64,000 nucleotides of DNA, taken from positions 6,944,001 through 7,008,000 of the forward strand of contig NC_086108.1 in assembly GCF_963921235.1 (NCBI RefSeq), read 5' to 3'. Each line of letters begins with the position of its first letter. The first letter of the stretch is position 1. The position numbers and the translations under genes are program-made. Positions 36,150-49,290 of the stretch are shown in pieces. The notes beneath the pieces are model-generated. The model made no database searches. It worked only from the letters and a program-made list of their open reading frames with translations, and was not told the DNA's origin. This DNA comes from Mobula hypostoma. Lineage: Eukaryota.

Positions 36150-36775
36150 CATGCCTTTCTGCAGATGCTGGAAATCCAGAGCAAGACGCACAAATTGCTG
36201 GAAGAATTCAGCATATTAGGCAACATCTATAAAGTTCAAAGTAGATCTTATTATTAAGTACATATATGTCACCATATACAACCCCGAGATTCATTTTTCT
36301 GCGGGCATACTTAGCAAATCGATAGAATAGTAACTATAGTGGGATCATTGAAAGGTCCACCAGAAGCCAACAAACTGTGTGAATGAAAATATAAATAAAT
36401 AGTAATAAGTAACGAGAACATGAGATAATGAGATAGAGTCCTTTAAGTGAGATCATTGGTTGAGCGGAACATCTCAATGGATGAGCAAGTGAATGTAGTT
36501 ATCCCCTCTTGTTCAATAGCTGGACGGTTGAGGGGTAGTAACTGTTCCTGAACCTGTGTTGCAAGTCCTGAAGCTCTTGTACCTTCTACCTGGTGGCAGC
36601 AGGTAGAAAAGAGCATGGCCTTGGGTGGTGAGGATCACTGATGGTGGATGCTGCTTTCCTACGACAGGAGTTCCCAACCTTTTTTGTGCCATAGACCCCA
36701 GGTTGGGAGCCCCTGATATACCGAAAGGAGTATAGAGTGAACATTTTGGACTGAGACCCTTCATCAGGACTGTGG
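36150..36775 (-). mobile_element. Hammerhead-bearing PLE unit split by a Rex1-like fragment (about 36232-36664) and a hAT MITE (36665-36715)
   Basis: The PLE halves lie at about 36150-36230 and 36725-36772. Confidence 0.7.
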
Positions 36776-39090
36776 TAGTAACTTTATGGGAGGGTCTGTG
36801 ATGGGCCAAGAATGAGGCACGTGGACAATGAATCTTTGCCGCCTTGGTGATGCTCATATCCTGCACATGGATGGAGTGGTGTACAGTGTAGCAGCCCGTA
36901 CAGCAGGGACAGACTGAGCGCTGTCCATGTGGAGTTTTAAATTCTTTGCATTTGTTTCCCGCGGGTGCTCCGGTTTCCTCCCACATCCCAAGGACAAGCC
37001 GGTAGGCTAATTGGCTACCGTAGGCTACCCAGTACAGATAAGGGTCAGACAACGTTCAAGGAGGAATTGATGGCATGAAATGACCATAGGAAGAGGCTGA
37101 GAGTCCATGAGCTAGTGGTCTTTAGGGGATTGGAGGTAGCGAGGGTTAATAACCTCAAGTTCCTTGGAGTAATGATATCCAGTGATCTGTCCTGGAACCA
37201 GCATGAAAGAGCCTTCTCAAAGGAGGCACAGCTGCCTTCTTAGAAACTTGCGTAGATCAGGCATGTCACCTAAAACTTCGCTAAACTTCTGTAGATGTGC
37301 AGTGGAGTGACTGATGGTTTGAATAGCTTGCTTCTGACTCTTGATGCACAAGTCAAAGAGGAATAATTTTACAGGTTTTTAATGCTGATTCATTCACTCA
37401 TTATGTGCCATGTCATATGACGTGGGCGATCATGGTCTTTGACTGTGATTGTTCTTGGCAAATCTTTCTACAGAAGTGGTTTGCTATTACCTTATAGGCA
37501 GTGTCTTTCCAAGAAGGTTGACACCAACCATTGTCAATACTCTTTAGAGATTGCCTGGTGTCAGTGGTTGCATAAACAGGACTTGTGATATGCATCGGTT
37601 TCTCACGTGACCCTCCACCACCTGCTTCCATGGCTTCATGTGACCCTGATGGATGGAGGTGCTACACCTTGCCCAAGGGTGACATGCAGGCTAGCAGAGG
37701 GAAGGAGCGCCTCCCATCTCCTCTGATAGAGGCATATCTGCACTCTGCCAACCATTCAATGCCTATATCCCTGGCTAACACGTACCAGAATTGAGAATTG
37801 GCAGCTGTACTTTACAGCGACTGTTAACATCTTTCAACATGAATGAGTTCTTTTCACAATTGCTTTGAAACCATGCCTCCTCTCAAGTATGGAACCAGAG
37901 CAGGAGGTTTCCAGTCTGACCTGCAGCCTGTGCTGAATGAGCCGATTCATTGTGCAAAAGATCTTCTAGATAAGATAATCATTTATATTTTGGTGCCTCT
38001 ATTAAGGCAGGAAAGGCTGGTTGAGTACAAGTAACAGCACGTTGCTGGAGTCTGCATCCCATCATCTTGAAATCGTGGCTGTGAGCGTTCTCATAATTGT
38101 TTAAGGGCCAGAAATAAACTACTACTTGTCTCTTTTTTTAAAGAGAAGAAATCCGCCCTTGGTGTTGGCAGGGGAAGGAGGGTGGAATTGCTTTTATTGC
38201 TTTCATATTTATTTACTCTCAATCTTGGGTGGTGGTTTGTTGGAATTGTGGCTGTCAAAGCTTAAAAGAAAACTTACCAGCTTGGCAAATCCAAAAGTAC
38301 ATAGTTTAGAGGGTTGCATTTTGAGTCAATAGAGCTTGTTTGCTTAAAACAAGCTGTTTCTTTTCAGTGAAGATGTTCTGATGCTGAAATATTAACAGTT
38401 TAGTAAGTATTATTACATTTCAAAAGCAACAACTGATGCCCAACTCTTGTTTTGAAAGCTGCATTGAATCTGCTACTCCAGCAAAGTGTTCTTGCTGCTT
38501 AAGATATACACTTCTCAAAGATTCAAAGTACATTTATCGTTAAAGCATGTATACAGAATACAACAGAGATTCATTCTCCCGCAGGCGGCCACACAACAAA
38601 GAAACACCATGGAACCCGTTCAAGAAAGCATCAAACACCCAAAGCGCAAAAAAAGAACAATTCTGCAAATGGCATAAAGCAAGTGGACAACACATCAAAC
38701 AGAAGTACAGTAGTATTCAGTTTAATTCAGTTCAGCACCATACCACTAACTAATGCAAGGCACAGGGCAAAGATTCTTCGATAAAGCACCCTGGATCGCA
38801 TCAATCGCCCTGTTCAAACTGCCCAGAAACAGCAAAAAAAAGTAACTAGAATCTGGGAACATATGCAGCAAGAACCTCAAAGGCCCTCATAATGCATTCC
38901 ACAACCTCGCCGATCAATCCTTGCAATGTGGATCCCAAGACTCCTGCACTTTTCTCCAACAGCAGCTAGCAAGAGGGAGAGGAAGATCGATCAAACGCAG
39001 GCAAATGGCACCGAACACTAGAGTTTATTGAGGTCCATCATAATTCAGTAGATTTCATATGCTATATAGTCCAACATGCTGTATGCTTTG

Positions 39091-39145
39091 CAGGGTTCCC
39101 AACCTGGGTCCACAGACATGGCATAAAAAAGGTTGGGAACCCCTG
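39091..39145. mobile_element. Tiny hAT-type MITE (55 bp)
   Basis: TIRs CAGGGTTCCCAACCT / AGGTTGGGAACCCCTG. Confidence 0.7.
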
Positions 39146-39204
39146 CTTAGAAAATAAGAAATGTGTGATTGTTAAGCAGACTTGGATGGAGAGAAATAAG
39201 AATG

Positions 39205-39985
39205 ATTCCTGAGGAAGGGTTTCAGCCCACAGCATTGACTGTTTATTGATTTCCACAGATGCTGCCTGACCTGCTGAGTTCCTCCAGCACTCTGTGTGTG
39301 TGTGTGTGTGTGTGTGTTGCTTTGGATTTCCAGCATCTGCAGAATTTTTCGTGTTTAATACATTTCTATAGCATCTTTCACATTCCTCGATATGTCCCAA
39401 AGAGCTTTGCCACCAAGCATGCCATTTTGTGGCATATTATGCCCACTACACCGTTAGCATTGAGGGCAGCTGTGGTATAGGTGACCCTCCCAAGAGCCAA
39501 AGCACGAGGCCTTGATTCCAGCCAACATAGCTCTCCAGGTCACCAAGGCACGCAAGCCTCCAAACCCTATGTCAAGTTTGCAGTCATCTTGGAAGATTAA
39601 CAAGTTAGTTAACTTGAGGGAAGCACAATCATGCACGTGGCAGGAACACTATCTGTTATACAAACACAAGAAATCTGTAGATGCTGGAAATCCAAAGCAA
39701 ATGGAGGAGCTCAGCAGATTAGGGAGCATCTATGAAAAAGAGTAAACAGTTGATGCTTTGGGCTGAGACCCTTCTTCAAGACTTCATCTGTTAATCTGAC
39801 TTGGTGGTATAGGGTATGGTGGTGAAAGGACCAGAAAAAACCTTTCCTTCCAGTCCTGGAGAAAGGGTCATGGCCTGAAACGTCGACTGTTTATTCTTCT
39901 CCATAGATGCTGCCTGACTTGCTGAGTTCCTCCACCATTCTGTGCGTGTGTTGCTTTGGATTTCCAGCCAAATTTCTTGTGTTCC
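39205..39985. mobile_element. Cluster of three short hammerhead-bearing PLE units (39205-39355 +, 39660-39785 -, 39851-39985 +)
   Basis: Each matches the 42820-42955 segment. A (TG)n expansion lies at 39293-39316. Confidence 0.75.
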
Positions 39986-40869
39986 TGCAAAATATCTTCT
40001 CACTTCAAAAGCCAAAAAAAACATGATTTTCTGCATCTGCCTGGGATCTAAAGGTTTGTCAAATGCAAGTGGCTGAAGAGGTATTTTGGATAGAATAGAA
40101 CTTAATTGTCATTGCTCAAGACAATGAGATTGTGATGACACTCCAATCCATGCAAAACATATACTTACAATGCGTGTGATATGGCTTAATAAAAAAGCCC
40201 CATGTTTACATGCAGCCAGTGACTTTGATAGTCCATAACACTCAAAGGCCACTGGCAAGTCATAGATTCTTTCAAGGAACCAATCATTATGCACATGGTT
40301 CAAAAGCTATGTTTTTTTCACCCTTTCTGAACTTTACCTTGGCTTGCTTATCCCCATTTTTAATCACAAAATATAAAGAAAAGACTTACCTATTTTATGC
40401 GAGTGCAGCAATTTTATACCAAATTCTAAAAATATTTCCACTTACTGAAATTGCTCCTTATAGTGAGACACTATTGATTTGTCCAAGTTTGTCTGTTAGA
40501 GGTGGTGGTTAGTGGTTTGTCATTACCCTGATTGGAGACTAACGTTTCTGTACCAAAGCAGTTTTTGTTCTATAAATGGATGTTTATAATCACACTTGTG
40601 CCCTCAGGCACTCCGTCCGATCTGCAAAATCTCTGGTTTGATCTCTCTGCTGAGTTGGCTGATTTGACCTAGATACTACGGAATTCCAATCGTACTTATC
40701 ATGTGTGTCCTTCTCCAATGAAAACAGTCTCTCTCCATTTAAAGCAACACACACAAAATGCTGGAGGAACTCAGCAGGTCAGGCAGCATCTGTGGAGAAG
40801 AGTAAACAGTCAAGCCGAGACCCTCCATCTATTCTGTTTTAGTGTTCGTGATTTTAAATATCCCTATCA

Positions 40870-40949
40870 TAGAGGTTCCCAATCTTTTTTATGCCATGGA
40901 GCCTCACCATGAATTGACAGGTCCATGGACTCCAGATTGGGAACCCCTG
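40870..40949. mobile_element. Tiny hAT-type MITE with 8-bp TSD
   Basis: TIRs flanked by CCCTATCA / CCCTGTCA. Confidence 0.75.
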
Positions 40950-41114
40950 CCCTGTCAGATCCCATTGCAAATACCTCTCTTCCAGTAGAACAACTGCCTA
41001 TGTGGGTCCTGTTGCATGCACCTCATACAGCTCCCGAAGCCAGCCGTGGCAGGCTACACACATAAAAATTGCTGGTGAACGCAGCAGGCCAGGCAGCATC
41101 TCTAGGAAGAAGTG

Positions 41115-41151
41115 CAGTCGACGTTTCAGGCCGAGACCCTTCGTCAGGCTG
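41115..41151 (-). ncRNA. Minimal hammerhead ribozyme motif in a short PLE unit (about 41055-41151)
   Basis: Reverse complement CAGC-CTGACGA-AGGGTCTCGGCCT-GAAAC-GTC-GACTG. Confidence 0.7.
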
Positions 41152-41185
41152 GTAGCTTTTCTGGCTGAGGTTATCAAATTTGATA

Positions 41186-41475
41186 GGGTGGCACTGTAGT
41201 GTAATGGTTAGCACATCGCTTTACAGTGCAGGTGACCTGGGTTCAATTCCAGCTGCTGTTTGTAAGGAGTTTATACGTCCACCTTGTGACTGCATACATT
41301 TCCTCCTGGTGCTTCAGTTTCCTACCACAGTCCAAAGATTCACCGGTTGGTACGTTAATTGGTCATTGTAAATTGTCCAGTGACGAGGTTATGCTTAAAT
41401 TAGGGATTGCTGGGAGGCGTGGCTTGAAGAGCCAGAAAAGGGCCTTCTCCGCACTGAATCTCAATAAAATAAAAA
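41186..41475 (+). mobile_element. Full-length V-SINE (HE1-like); a second decayed copy follows at about 41490-41720
   Basis: tRNA head (GGTGGCACTGTAGTGTAATGG...GGGTTCAATTCC), V-domain, CR1-like 3' stem-loop and (AATAA)n. Confidence 0.8.
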
Positions 41476-41723
41476 TATTGAGCTTGAGATCTAGTGGGAC
41501 AATTGCTCAGATTCTGTATAGAGCAACAAATTTGCCAGTAGGTTCCTGCTGCTGTCTGTAAAATTTTGTACATTCTCCCGTGGCCACGTGAATTTCCTCA
41601 GGGTGTTCCGGTTTCTTCCCACAGTCCAAGGATGTACTGGTTACTAGGTTAATTAGTCACATGGGTATAACTTGGTGGCACGTTACTGTGCTGTAGCTCT
41701 AAATAGAATAAAATAAAACCCAG

Positions 41724-42960
41724 ATGTGTCTCCGCTGCATCTGCTCTCAGGTTGAGGCTTTTCATTCCAGGACGAGGGAGGTGTCCTCCTTTTTTAAAGA
41801 AAGGGGCTTCCCTTCCTCCACCATCAACTCTGCTCTCAAACACATCTCCCCCATTTCACACACATCTGCCTCACCCCATCCTCCCACCACCCCACTAGGA
41901 ATAGGGTTCCCCTTGTCCTCACCTACTACCCCACCAGCCTCTAGGTCCAACATATAATTCTCTGTAACTTCCGTCACTTCCAACGGGATCCCACCACCAA
42001 GCACATCTTTCCCTCCCCCCCCCTCTGCTTTCTGCAGGGATCGCTCCCTATGCGACTCCCTTGTCCATTCATCCCTCCATCCCTTCCCACTGATCTCCCT
42101 CCCGGCACTTATCCTTGTAAGCAGAACAAGTGCTACACATGCCCTCACACTTCCTCCCTTACCACCATTCAGGGCCCCAGTCAGTCCTTCCAGGTGAGGC
42201 AACGCTTCACCTGTGAGTCGGCTGGTGTGATATACTGCGGCCGGTGCTCCCGATGTGGGCTTCTATATATTGGTGAGACCTGACACAGACTGGGAGACTG
42301 TTTTGCTGAACACCTATGCTCTGTCTGCCAGAGAAAGCAGGATCTCCCAGTGGCCACACATTTTAATTCTACATCCCATTCCCATTCTGATATGTCCACC
42401 CACGGCCTCCTCTACTGTCAAGATGAAGCCACACTCAGGTTGGAGGAACAACACCTTATATTCCGTCTGGGTAGCCTCCAACCTGCTGGCATGAACATTG
42501 GCTTCTCTAATTTCCGTTAATGCCCCTCCCCCCTTCTTACCCCATCCCTTATTTATCATTTTTTTTATTTTTTCCACGTTCTTTCTCTTTTTTCTCCCTC
42601 TGTCCCTCTCACTATATCTTCCTCTGATGCTCCCCTCCCCCTTTCTTTCTCCCTAGGCCTCCCGTCCCATGATCCTCTCTCTTCCCCAGCCTGGTATCCC
42701 TTTTGCCAATCAACTTTCCAGCTCTTGGCTCCATCCCTCCCCCTCCTGTCTTCTCCTATCATTTTGGATCTCCCCCTCCTCCTCCCACTTTCAAGTCACT
42801 TACTATCTCTTCTTTCAGTTAGTCCTGACGAAGGGTCTCGGCCTGAAACGTTGACTGTACCTCTTCCTATGGATGCTGCCTGGCCTGCTGCATTCCACCA
42901 GCATTTTGTGTGTGTTGCTTGAATTTCCAGCACCTGCAAATTTCCTCGTGTTTGCATTCC
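41724..42960 (+). mobile_element. Penelope-like element (family 1, Neptune-like), 5'-truncated: RT thumb/linker, Cys-rich linker, GIY-YIG endonuclease, pLTR
   Basis: LRCICS...FFKERGFP; GTYPCKQNKCYTCPH...FTCESAGVIYCGRCSRCGLLYIGET; PVATHFNS; LEEQHLIFRLGSLQP.GMNI. Confidence 0.9.
42821..42856 (+). ncRNA. Hammerhead ribozyme motif in the PLE pLTR
   Basis: AGTC-CTGACGA-AGGGTCTCGGCCT-GAAAC-GTT-GACT. Confidence 0.75.
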
Positions 42961-43059
42961 TAGACTTTATCTATTTACACCACTTAAAACACTCAAACTT
43001 GGAATAATTCTGATAAATCTGTCTTAAAAAGAGATTTACCATTTTAGAACCATGGAACA

Positions 43060-43770
43060 GTACTGAAATATATATAGAACACAGAACAGTATAACACAGG
43101 AACAGGCCATTCGGCCCACAATGTTGTGCCAAACCAGCTGAAAAGCAAATCAAACACTCCCCTCCACACTAATCCCTCCTACCTACATAATGTCCATATC
43201 CCTCCATCTTCCTCACATCCATGTGCCTATCCAAATGTCTCTTAAAAGCCTCCATACCAGGCAGCACATTTCAGGCATCCACCACTCTCTGAGTTAAAAT
43301 ACTTACCCTCGCATTCCCTTTGAACCTACCCCCTCTCCCCTTCAATGCATGCCCTCTGGTATTAGCCATTTCAACCCTGGGAAACGGATACCCTCTGTCC
43401 ACTCTATCTATTCCTCTCATAATGTTATAAACCTCTATCAGATCTCCCCTCAGTCTCCAGCACTCCAGAGAAAACAACCCAAGTTTATCTAGCCTGTTGT
43501 GATTGCACATGCCCTCGAAACTAGGCAAACCTGGTAAACCACTTCTGTACCCTCTTCAAAGCCTCAACATCCCTCCTATAGTGGGGCAACCAAAACTGTA
43601 TACAATACTCCAGATGTAACCTAACCAGAGTTTTATAAAGTTGCATCATAACCTCTTGGACTTCTGAACTCCATGCTTCAACTAATAAAAGCAAGCATTC
43701 CGTAAGTCTGCTTAACCACTCTATCGATTTGTGTAGCTACTTTCAAGGAACTATAAACTTGGACCCGAAG
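43060..43770 (-). mobile_element. CR1 LINE 3' fragment
   Basis: RLDKLGLFSLE..RLRGDLIEVY..TRGH plus the 3' tail. Confidence 0.85.
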
Positions 43771-43979
43771 ATTGAAGAGGAAGAAGTATTTTTTAGGAGA
43801 GGGTTTCTAGTGAGCTTCCACAGACCACCTTATTCTATACACACACCAAGTCTGTGGGCAGAGATTGAAAGCAGAGTTTTCCCCTACCTTCAGCTCTCTG
43901 TTGTTACATTACAAGACATTCCAAGTATACAGCTTCAGGATATAAGGGTGTTCAGGATATAAGGGTGTCCCTTTGGAAC

Positions 43980-44965
43980 TCCAAGTCAAGTCACTTTTTA
44001 TTGTCATTTCGACCATAACTGCTGGTACAGTACACAGTAAAAACGTGATAACGTTTTTCAGGACCATGCTGCTACGTGAAACAATACGAAAACTACACTG
44101 AACTACGTAAAACAACGCAAGAACTACACTGGACTACTGACCTATCCAGGACTGCATAAAGTGCACAAAACAGTGCAGGAATTACAATAAATAATAAACA
44201 AGATGATAGGCACAGTAGAGGGCAGTAGGTTGTGTCAGTCCAGGCTCTGGGTATTGAGGAGTCTGATGGCTTGGGGGAAGAAACTGTTACATAGTCTGGT
44301 CGTGAGAGCCCGAATGCTTTGGCCTTTTGCCAGATGGCAGGAGGGAGAAGAGTTTGTATGAGGGGTGCGTGGGCTCCTTCATAATGCTGTTTGCCTCACG
44401 GATGCAGCGCATGGTGTAAATGTCTGTAATGGCGGGAAGAGAGACCCCGATGATCTTCTCAGCTGACCTCACCAACCGCTGCAGGGTCTTGCGATCTGAG
44501 ATGGTGTAATTTCCAGACCAGGTCGTGATGCAGCTGCTCAGGATGCTCTCAGTACAACCTCTGTAGAATGTGGTGAGGATGGGGGGTGTGGGAGATGGAC
44601 TTTTCTCAGCCTTCACAGAAAGTAGAGATGCTGCTGGGCTTTCTTTGCTATGGAGCTGGTGTTGAGGGACCAGGTGAGATTCTCCACCAGGTGAACACCA
44701 AGAAACTTGGTGCTCTTAATGATCTCTACGGAGGAGTCATCGATGTTCAGCAGAGAGTGGTCGCCCCGTGTCCTCCTGAAGTCAACAACCATCTCTTTTG
44801 TTTTGTTCACATTCAGAGGCAGGTTGTTGGCTCTGTACCAGTCTGTTAGCAGCTGCACCTCCCCTCTGTATGCTGACTCATCGTTCTTGCTGATGAGACC
44901 CACCACAGTTGTGTCATTGGCGAACCTGATGTGGTTCGAGCTGTGTGTTGAAGCACACAGATGCT
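43980..44965 (-). mobile_element. Rex1/Babar-like LINE RT fragment
   Basis: RFANDTTVVGLIS, LNVNKTKEMVVDFRR and KKAQQHLYFL, with a (TGACT)n tail. Confidence 0.9.
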
Positions 44966-45037
44966 GAGATGCAGACAAATTTCTTCAGCTGGATTGGTGG
45001 TCAGTCTGTGGAAGGTGTTGCCACTGAGGGCTGTGGA

Positions 45038-45697
45038 GGTGAGTGAAGTTATCCACACTAGTTCAGGAGCCTGATGGTTGTGGGGTAATAACTGTTCCTG
45101 AACCTGGTGGTGTGGGACCTGAGGCTCATTGTGGTGAGTGAAGTTATCCACACTGGTTCAGGAGCCTGATGGCTGTGGGGTAATAACTGTTCCTGAACCT
45201 GCTGGTGTGGGACCTGAGGCTCATTGTGGTGAGTGAAGTTATCCACACTGGTTCAGGAGCCTGATGGTTGTGGGGTAATAACTGTTCCTGAACCTGGTGG
45301 TTTGGGACCTGAGGCTCATTGTGGTGAGTGAAGTTATCCACACTGGTTCAGGAGCCTGATGGTTGTAGGGCAATAACTGTTCCTGAACCTGGTGGTGTGG
45401 GACCTGAGGCTCATTGTGGTGAGTGAACTTATCCACACTGGTTCAGGAGCCTGATGGTTGTGGGGTAATAACTGTTCCTGAACCTGGTGGTTTGGGACCT
45501 GAGGCTCATTGTGGTGAGTGAAGTTATCCACACTGGTTCAGGAGCCTGATGGTTGTAGGGCAATAACTGTTCCTGAACCTGGTGGTGTGGGACCTGAGGC
45601 TCATTGTGGTGAGTGAACTTATCCACACTGGTTCAGGAGCCTGATGGTTGTGGGGTAATAACTGTTCCTGAACCTGGTGGTGTGGGACCTGAGGCTC
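45038..45697. repeat. Tandem array of about 7 x 95 bp derived from a Rex1/Babar-like 3' end
   Basis: The unit GGTGAGTGAAGTTATCCACACTGGTTCAGGAGCC...GACCTGAGGCTCATTGT starts at 45038, 45133, 45228 and so on. Confidence 0.95.
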
Positions 45698-46159
45698 CTG
45701 AAAAACCTCCACGATGGTGGCATCAAGAAGAAGGTGGGGGGGGGGGGTCCTTGATGATAGTTGCTACTTTCCTGTGACAATGTTCCTTGTAAGTGAGCTC
45801 AATGGTAGAGAGGCCTTTGACTGTGTTTCCACTATTTAACATAGAATCATAAGATCTAATCCTAACGCACGATGGCTAAATTTGCATCTAAACAATTCAG
45901 AGTGGTGATATACAGCTGGTTAAGGATAAATCCCTCTGGGCATAACTTGGGAACTACTTACTTCAAAGTAGGTCGAGAGAAGGTCAAAGTTTGTGACTAT
46001 AACTGTAAATGATCTTGTCAATAGAAAAATTGTATTAATAAATCACACCTACTACTTTGCATATTATTGACTGAACTGTCCAAGTCGCTTTAGTTGATGG
46101 GTTGCCTGGGCAAATACCTTAAGGTATTCACCCTGTGGTGGGTGACCTAAGAGCCATAG

Positions 46160-46790
46160 TAGCATAGTGGTTATTGCAATGCTACAATGCATTCTGGAGT
46201 ATGGAGTTCAATTCTGGTGCTCCTCTGTGCGTTCTCCCCGGTGCCCCAGTTTCCTTCCACAGTCCAAAGATGTACCGGGTCAATGAATTGGTCATTGTGA
46301 ATTGTCCCTTGATTACTTATTGCCCGTTATGCCACTGGTGTTTGGGTCCATCTCTGGCTTCATTCCTCATGTCAGTAGCTTCTTGGTTTTTACTACTTGG
46401 GTCATGCAGGTCCTGGGTGGAGACTCAGGAATAACATCACACTCAGATGTAGAAGAAATTTTCAGTGCAGTTTCTGGAACAATTTTTTGACCAGGCAGGG
46501 TTGTTAGCTCTGAGCTGAACTCCCTGAACCTGGAGGACTGGTGGACCACTGTTAGTCTGGCCTCTACCCTCTGGCCTGTTTAGTATGGTGACTCTACCAA
46601 GAGCCAAAACATAAAGCCCTGACTCCAGCTCTCAGGGTCATCGAGGCACGCAAGCCTCCAAACCATGACAAGGTGGTGGTCCTCTTGAAGGTGTCCCGTG
46701 ATTAAGCTACGGTTGACTGGATTTGTTGGTGTTGCTGGGGTGTGTGGTTGGAAGGGCCTACTCTGTACTATATTGCTAAAATAAAAATAA
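46160..46790 (+). mobile_element. V-SINE split by an RTE-derived element (about 46315-46690, minus)
   Basis: GTGAATTGTCCC occurs before the insert and GTCCCGTGATTA after it. Confidence 0.7.
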
Positions 46791-47844
46791 AAGAAGGACA
46801 GAATTCAAAAGTATTTCATCCAATAATGTTCCAAGTGGTAAAAGTATTGACTTCATTTTGGAGATACTGGAGATGTAAACTTGGATGTGGATGATGGTAG
46901 GTGGTGAAATTTACTGTCTTTATAGAGTGTTCTGCAGAAGATGCACTTGGTTGGGGGCTGCACTAGCAATTTTTGTTCTTCTACCTTCACCATACCACAA
47001 CTATGAATGTTTCCTGGCACAGTGGTAGAGTTATGCAGCAGGGAAATTGGCCCAACACATGCATGTCAACCGAGATCATCATCATCATCATCAGCCAGGT
47101 CTTATGATGTGGGTGATTATGGTCTTGTGACCATGATTGTTCTTGACGAATTTTTCTACAAAAGTGGTTTGCCATTGCCTTCTGGCCAGTGCTTATGCAA
47201 GGTGGGTGACCCCAGCCATTGTCAATACTCTTCAGAGATACTCAGTGGTCACATAACCAGGACTTGTGATATACACCAGCTACTTCTACAACTGTCCACC
47301 AGCTGCTCCATTGACTTCATGTGAGCCTGATCAGGGTGTGTGTGGGGGTGTGTGGTCTAAGCAGGTGCTGCACCTTGCCCAAGAGTGACCTGCAGGCTAG
47401 CTGAGCAAAGGAGCACCTTACTCCTCCTTTGGTAGAGATGTATCTCCACCCTGCCACTCAATTTGCCTGTATCGGAACCATGTTTCCTTTCTATGCAAGT
47501 AAGGACTTGTCTAAATCTTGTTTAAACATTGTCATTACTCCTACGTCGACAGTTCCTTTTATCCACTGCCCTGTGTGTGAAAACGTTCCCTCTTGGGACC
47601 ATCTCAAACCTTTCCCCTCTCACTGCAAATTTTTCCCTCTAGTTTTGGACTCCCCTGTCGTGGGAAAGATTTTGATCATCCACCTTATCTCTACACACTC
47701 CATGATTTTATATGTCTTTATAAGGCCACCTCTCTGCCTCCTATGCTTCTGTGCTAGAGTGATGGGTGGAGAAGGTTGCAGCCTGTCTGTCTATAATGCA
47801 CGTGACTACAGAGTGGGAAATAGTTATTTTTTTACTTGGTGATG

Positions 47845-48087
47845 TAGTTTGGAACAGGTCCTTCCAGCCCGATGAGCCACACCGCCCATGAACCCAACTA
47901 CTTATCCCTAGCTTAATCACAGTACAATTTACAATGACCAATTATCCTACTTTCCTGTACGTCTTTGGACTGTGGGAGGAAACCAGAGCACCTGCAGGAG
48001 ACCCTGGGAGGAATGTGCAAACTCCTCATGGATGACACCGTGAGCTGTGATAGTGCCACACTAACTGCTACACTACTGTGGCACCCT
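47845..48087 (-). mobile_element. V-SINE (HE1-like)
   Basis: Homologous to 41186-41475. Confidence 0.75.
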
Positions 48088-48664
48088 AAATGTTCCATTC
48101 TCTTAATATTGTTTTGTCTCCCTGAATGATTAGAGAACAAATCTGGGTCTCCTCAGCTCCCTGAAAGTGGCTGCACTGGTTGATAGGGTGAAGAAGGCCT
48201 ATGGCATGCTTGCGATCTAGGTAAAGTTCCAACACAAATCTTCCGATATCCACCTGCCCCCTGAAAATTAGAAGTCTATTTTGGAAAGTGAACTCTTCCT
48301 CGTCTCCTGCAGTTGCAAGCACGGACAAGCCATGTGCAGTCAATTATGCAAACGTGCCCTGAGTTCATTTAGAATTCAGGTTGAGGGCACCCAGGCTGTT
48401 GTGCTCTTGGTTGGCTTTGTTCCAAGATTCCCGTTGTTTCACAGGAATATTGCTGACCTGCATTTCAGCAACTTTCCTCTGAATGTCTGCACTTCCATGT
48501 GATTGATGTGTAGTGCCACTTGCACTTTGAGTACTCAGTTCTTTAATAAATGATTTCCAAATCTCCTCATTTCCTTGGTGAGCAATCTTTAATTATAGAC
48601 AGATAGAGTTAAGTTCAATAAGAGAACACTCAGTTGAGCCTTTCTGTTGGGAAAACACTTCCAT

Positions 48665-49290
48665 TTTAAAATTGACCTATGCTTCTGCCAAAAAAAGAGG
48701 GATCACCCGGTGGGCACCCATTTCAATTCTACTTCCCATTCCCATTCCAACATATCAGCCCATGGCCTTCTCTACTGCCACGACAAGGCCACACTCAGGT
48801 CAGAAGAGCAACATCTTATATTCTGTCTGGAAAGCACAGATTTCTTGAACTTCTGGTAAATGTTCCTCCTCTTCACCCTTCACCCATTTCCATTTCTCTC
48901 TCTCTCTTTTCATATCTCCTCACCTGCCCATCACCTCCCACTGGTGCTCCTCCTCCCTCCCTTTCTTCCATGTTTTCCATGTTTCCTGTCAGATTACCCC
49001 TTCTCCAGCCCTTTATCTCTTTCAACAATTGACTTCCTAGCTCTTTGTCTCACCCCTCCCCCTCCTGATTTTCACCTATCACCTACCACCTTGTACTACT
49101 ACTTCCTTCCCTCCCCCACCTTTTTGCACTGAATTCTCATTTTATTCCTCCAGTCCTGATGAAGGGTCTCAGTCTGAAACGTCAACTGTTTAATCATTTC
49201 CAATAGATGCTGCCTGTCATGCTGAGTTCCTCCTGCACTTTGTGTGTGTTGCTTTGGATTTCCAGCATCTGCAGATTTTTGTGTGTTTTA
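48665..49290 (+). mobile_element. PLE family 1 3' fragment with hammerhead motif at 49151-49188
   Basis: PVGTHFNSTSHSH...EEQHLIF, and CAGTC-CTGATGA-AGGGTCTCAGTCT-GAAAC-GTC-AACTG. Confidence 0.8.

Noticed and set aside
42281..42283. In-frame TGA after YIGET as possible selenocysteine recoding in a PLE
   Set aside because: The position is normally Arg or Lys, so CGA>TGA CpG decay explains it. The copy has other disruptions and I see no SECIS.
43934..43967. 17-bp perfect tandem duplication (TTCAGGATATAAGGGTG x2)
   Set aside because: An ordinary local duplication with no further structure.
45038..45697. Regular repeats with repeated 65-aa ORFs that could suggest a CRISPR array or repeat protein
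   Set aside because: Units are contiguous and near-identical with no unique spacers. They derive from a LINE 3' end, and the context is vertebrate.
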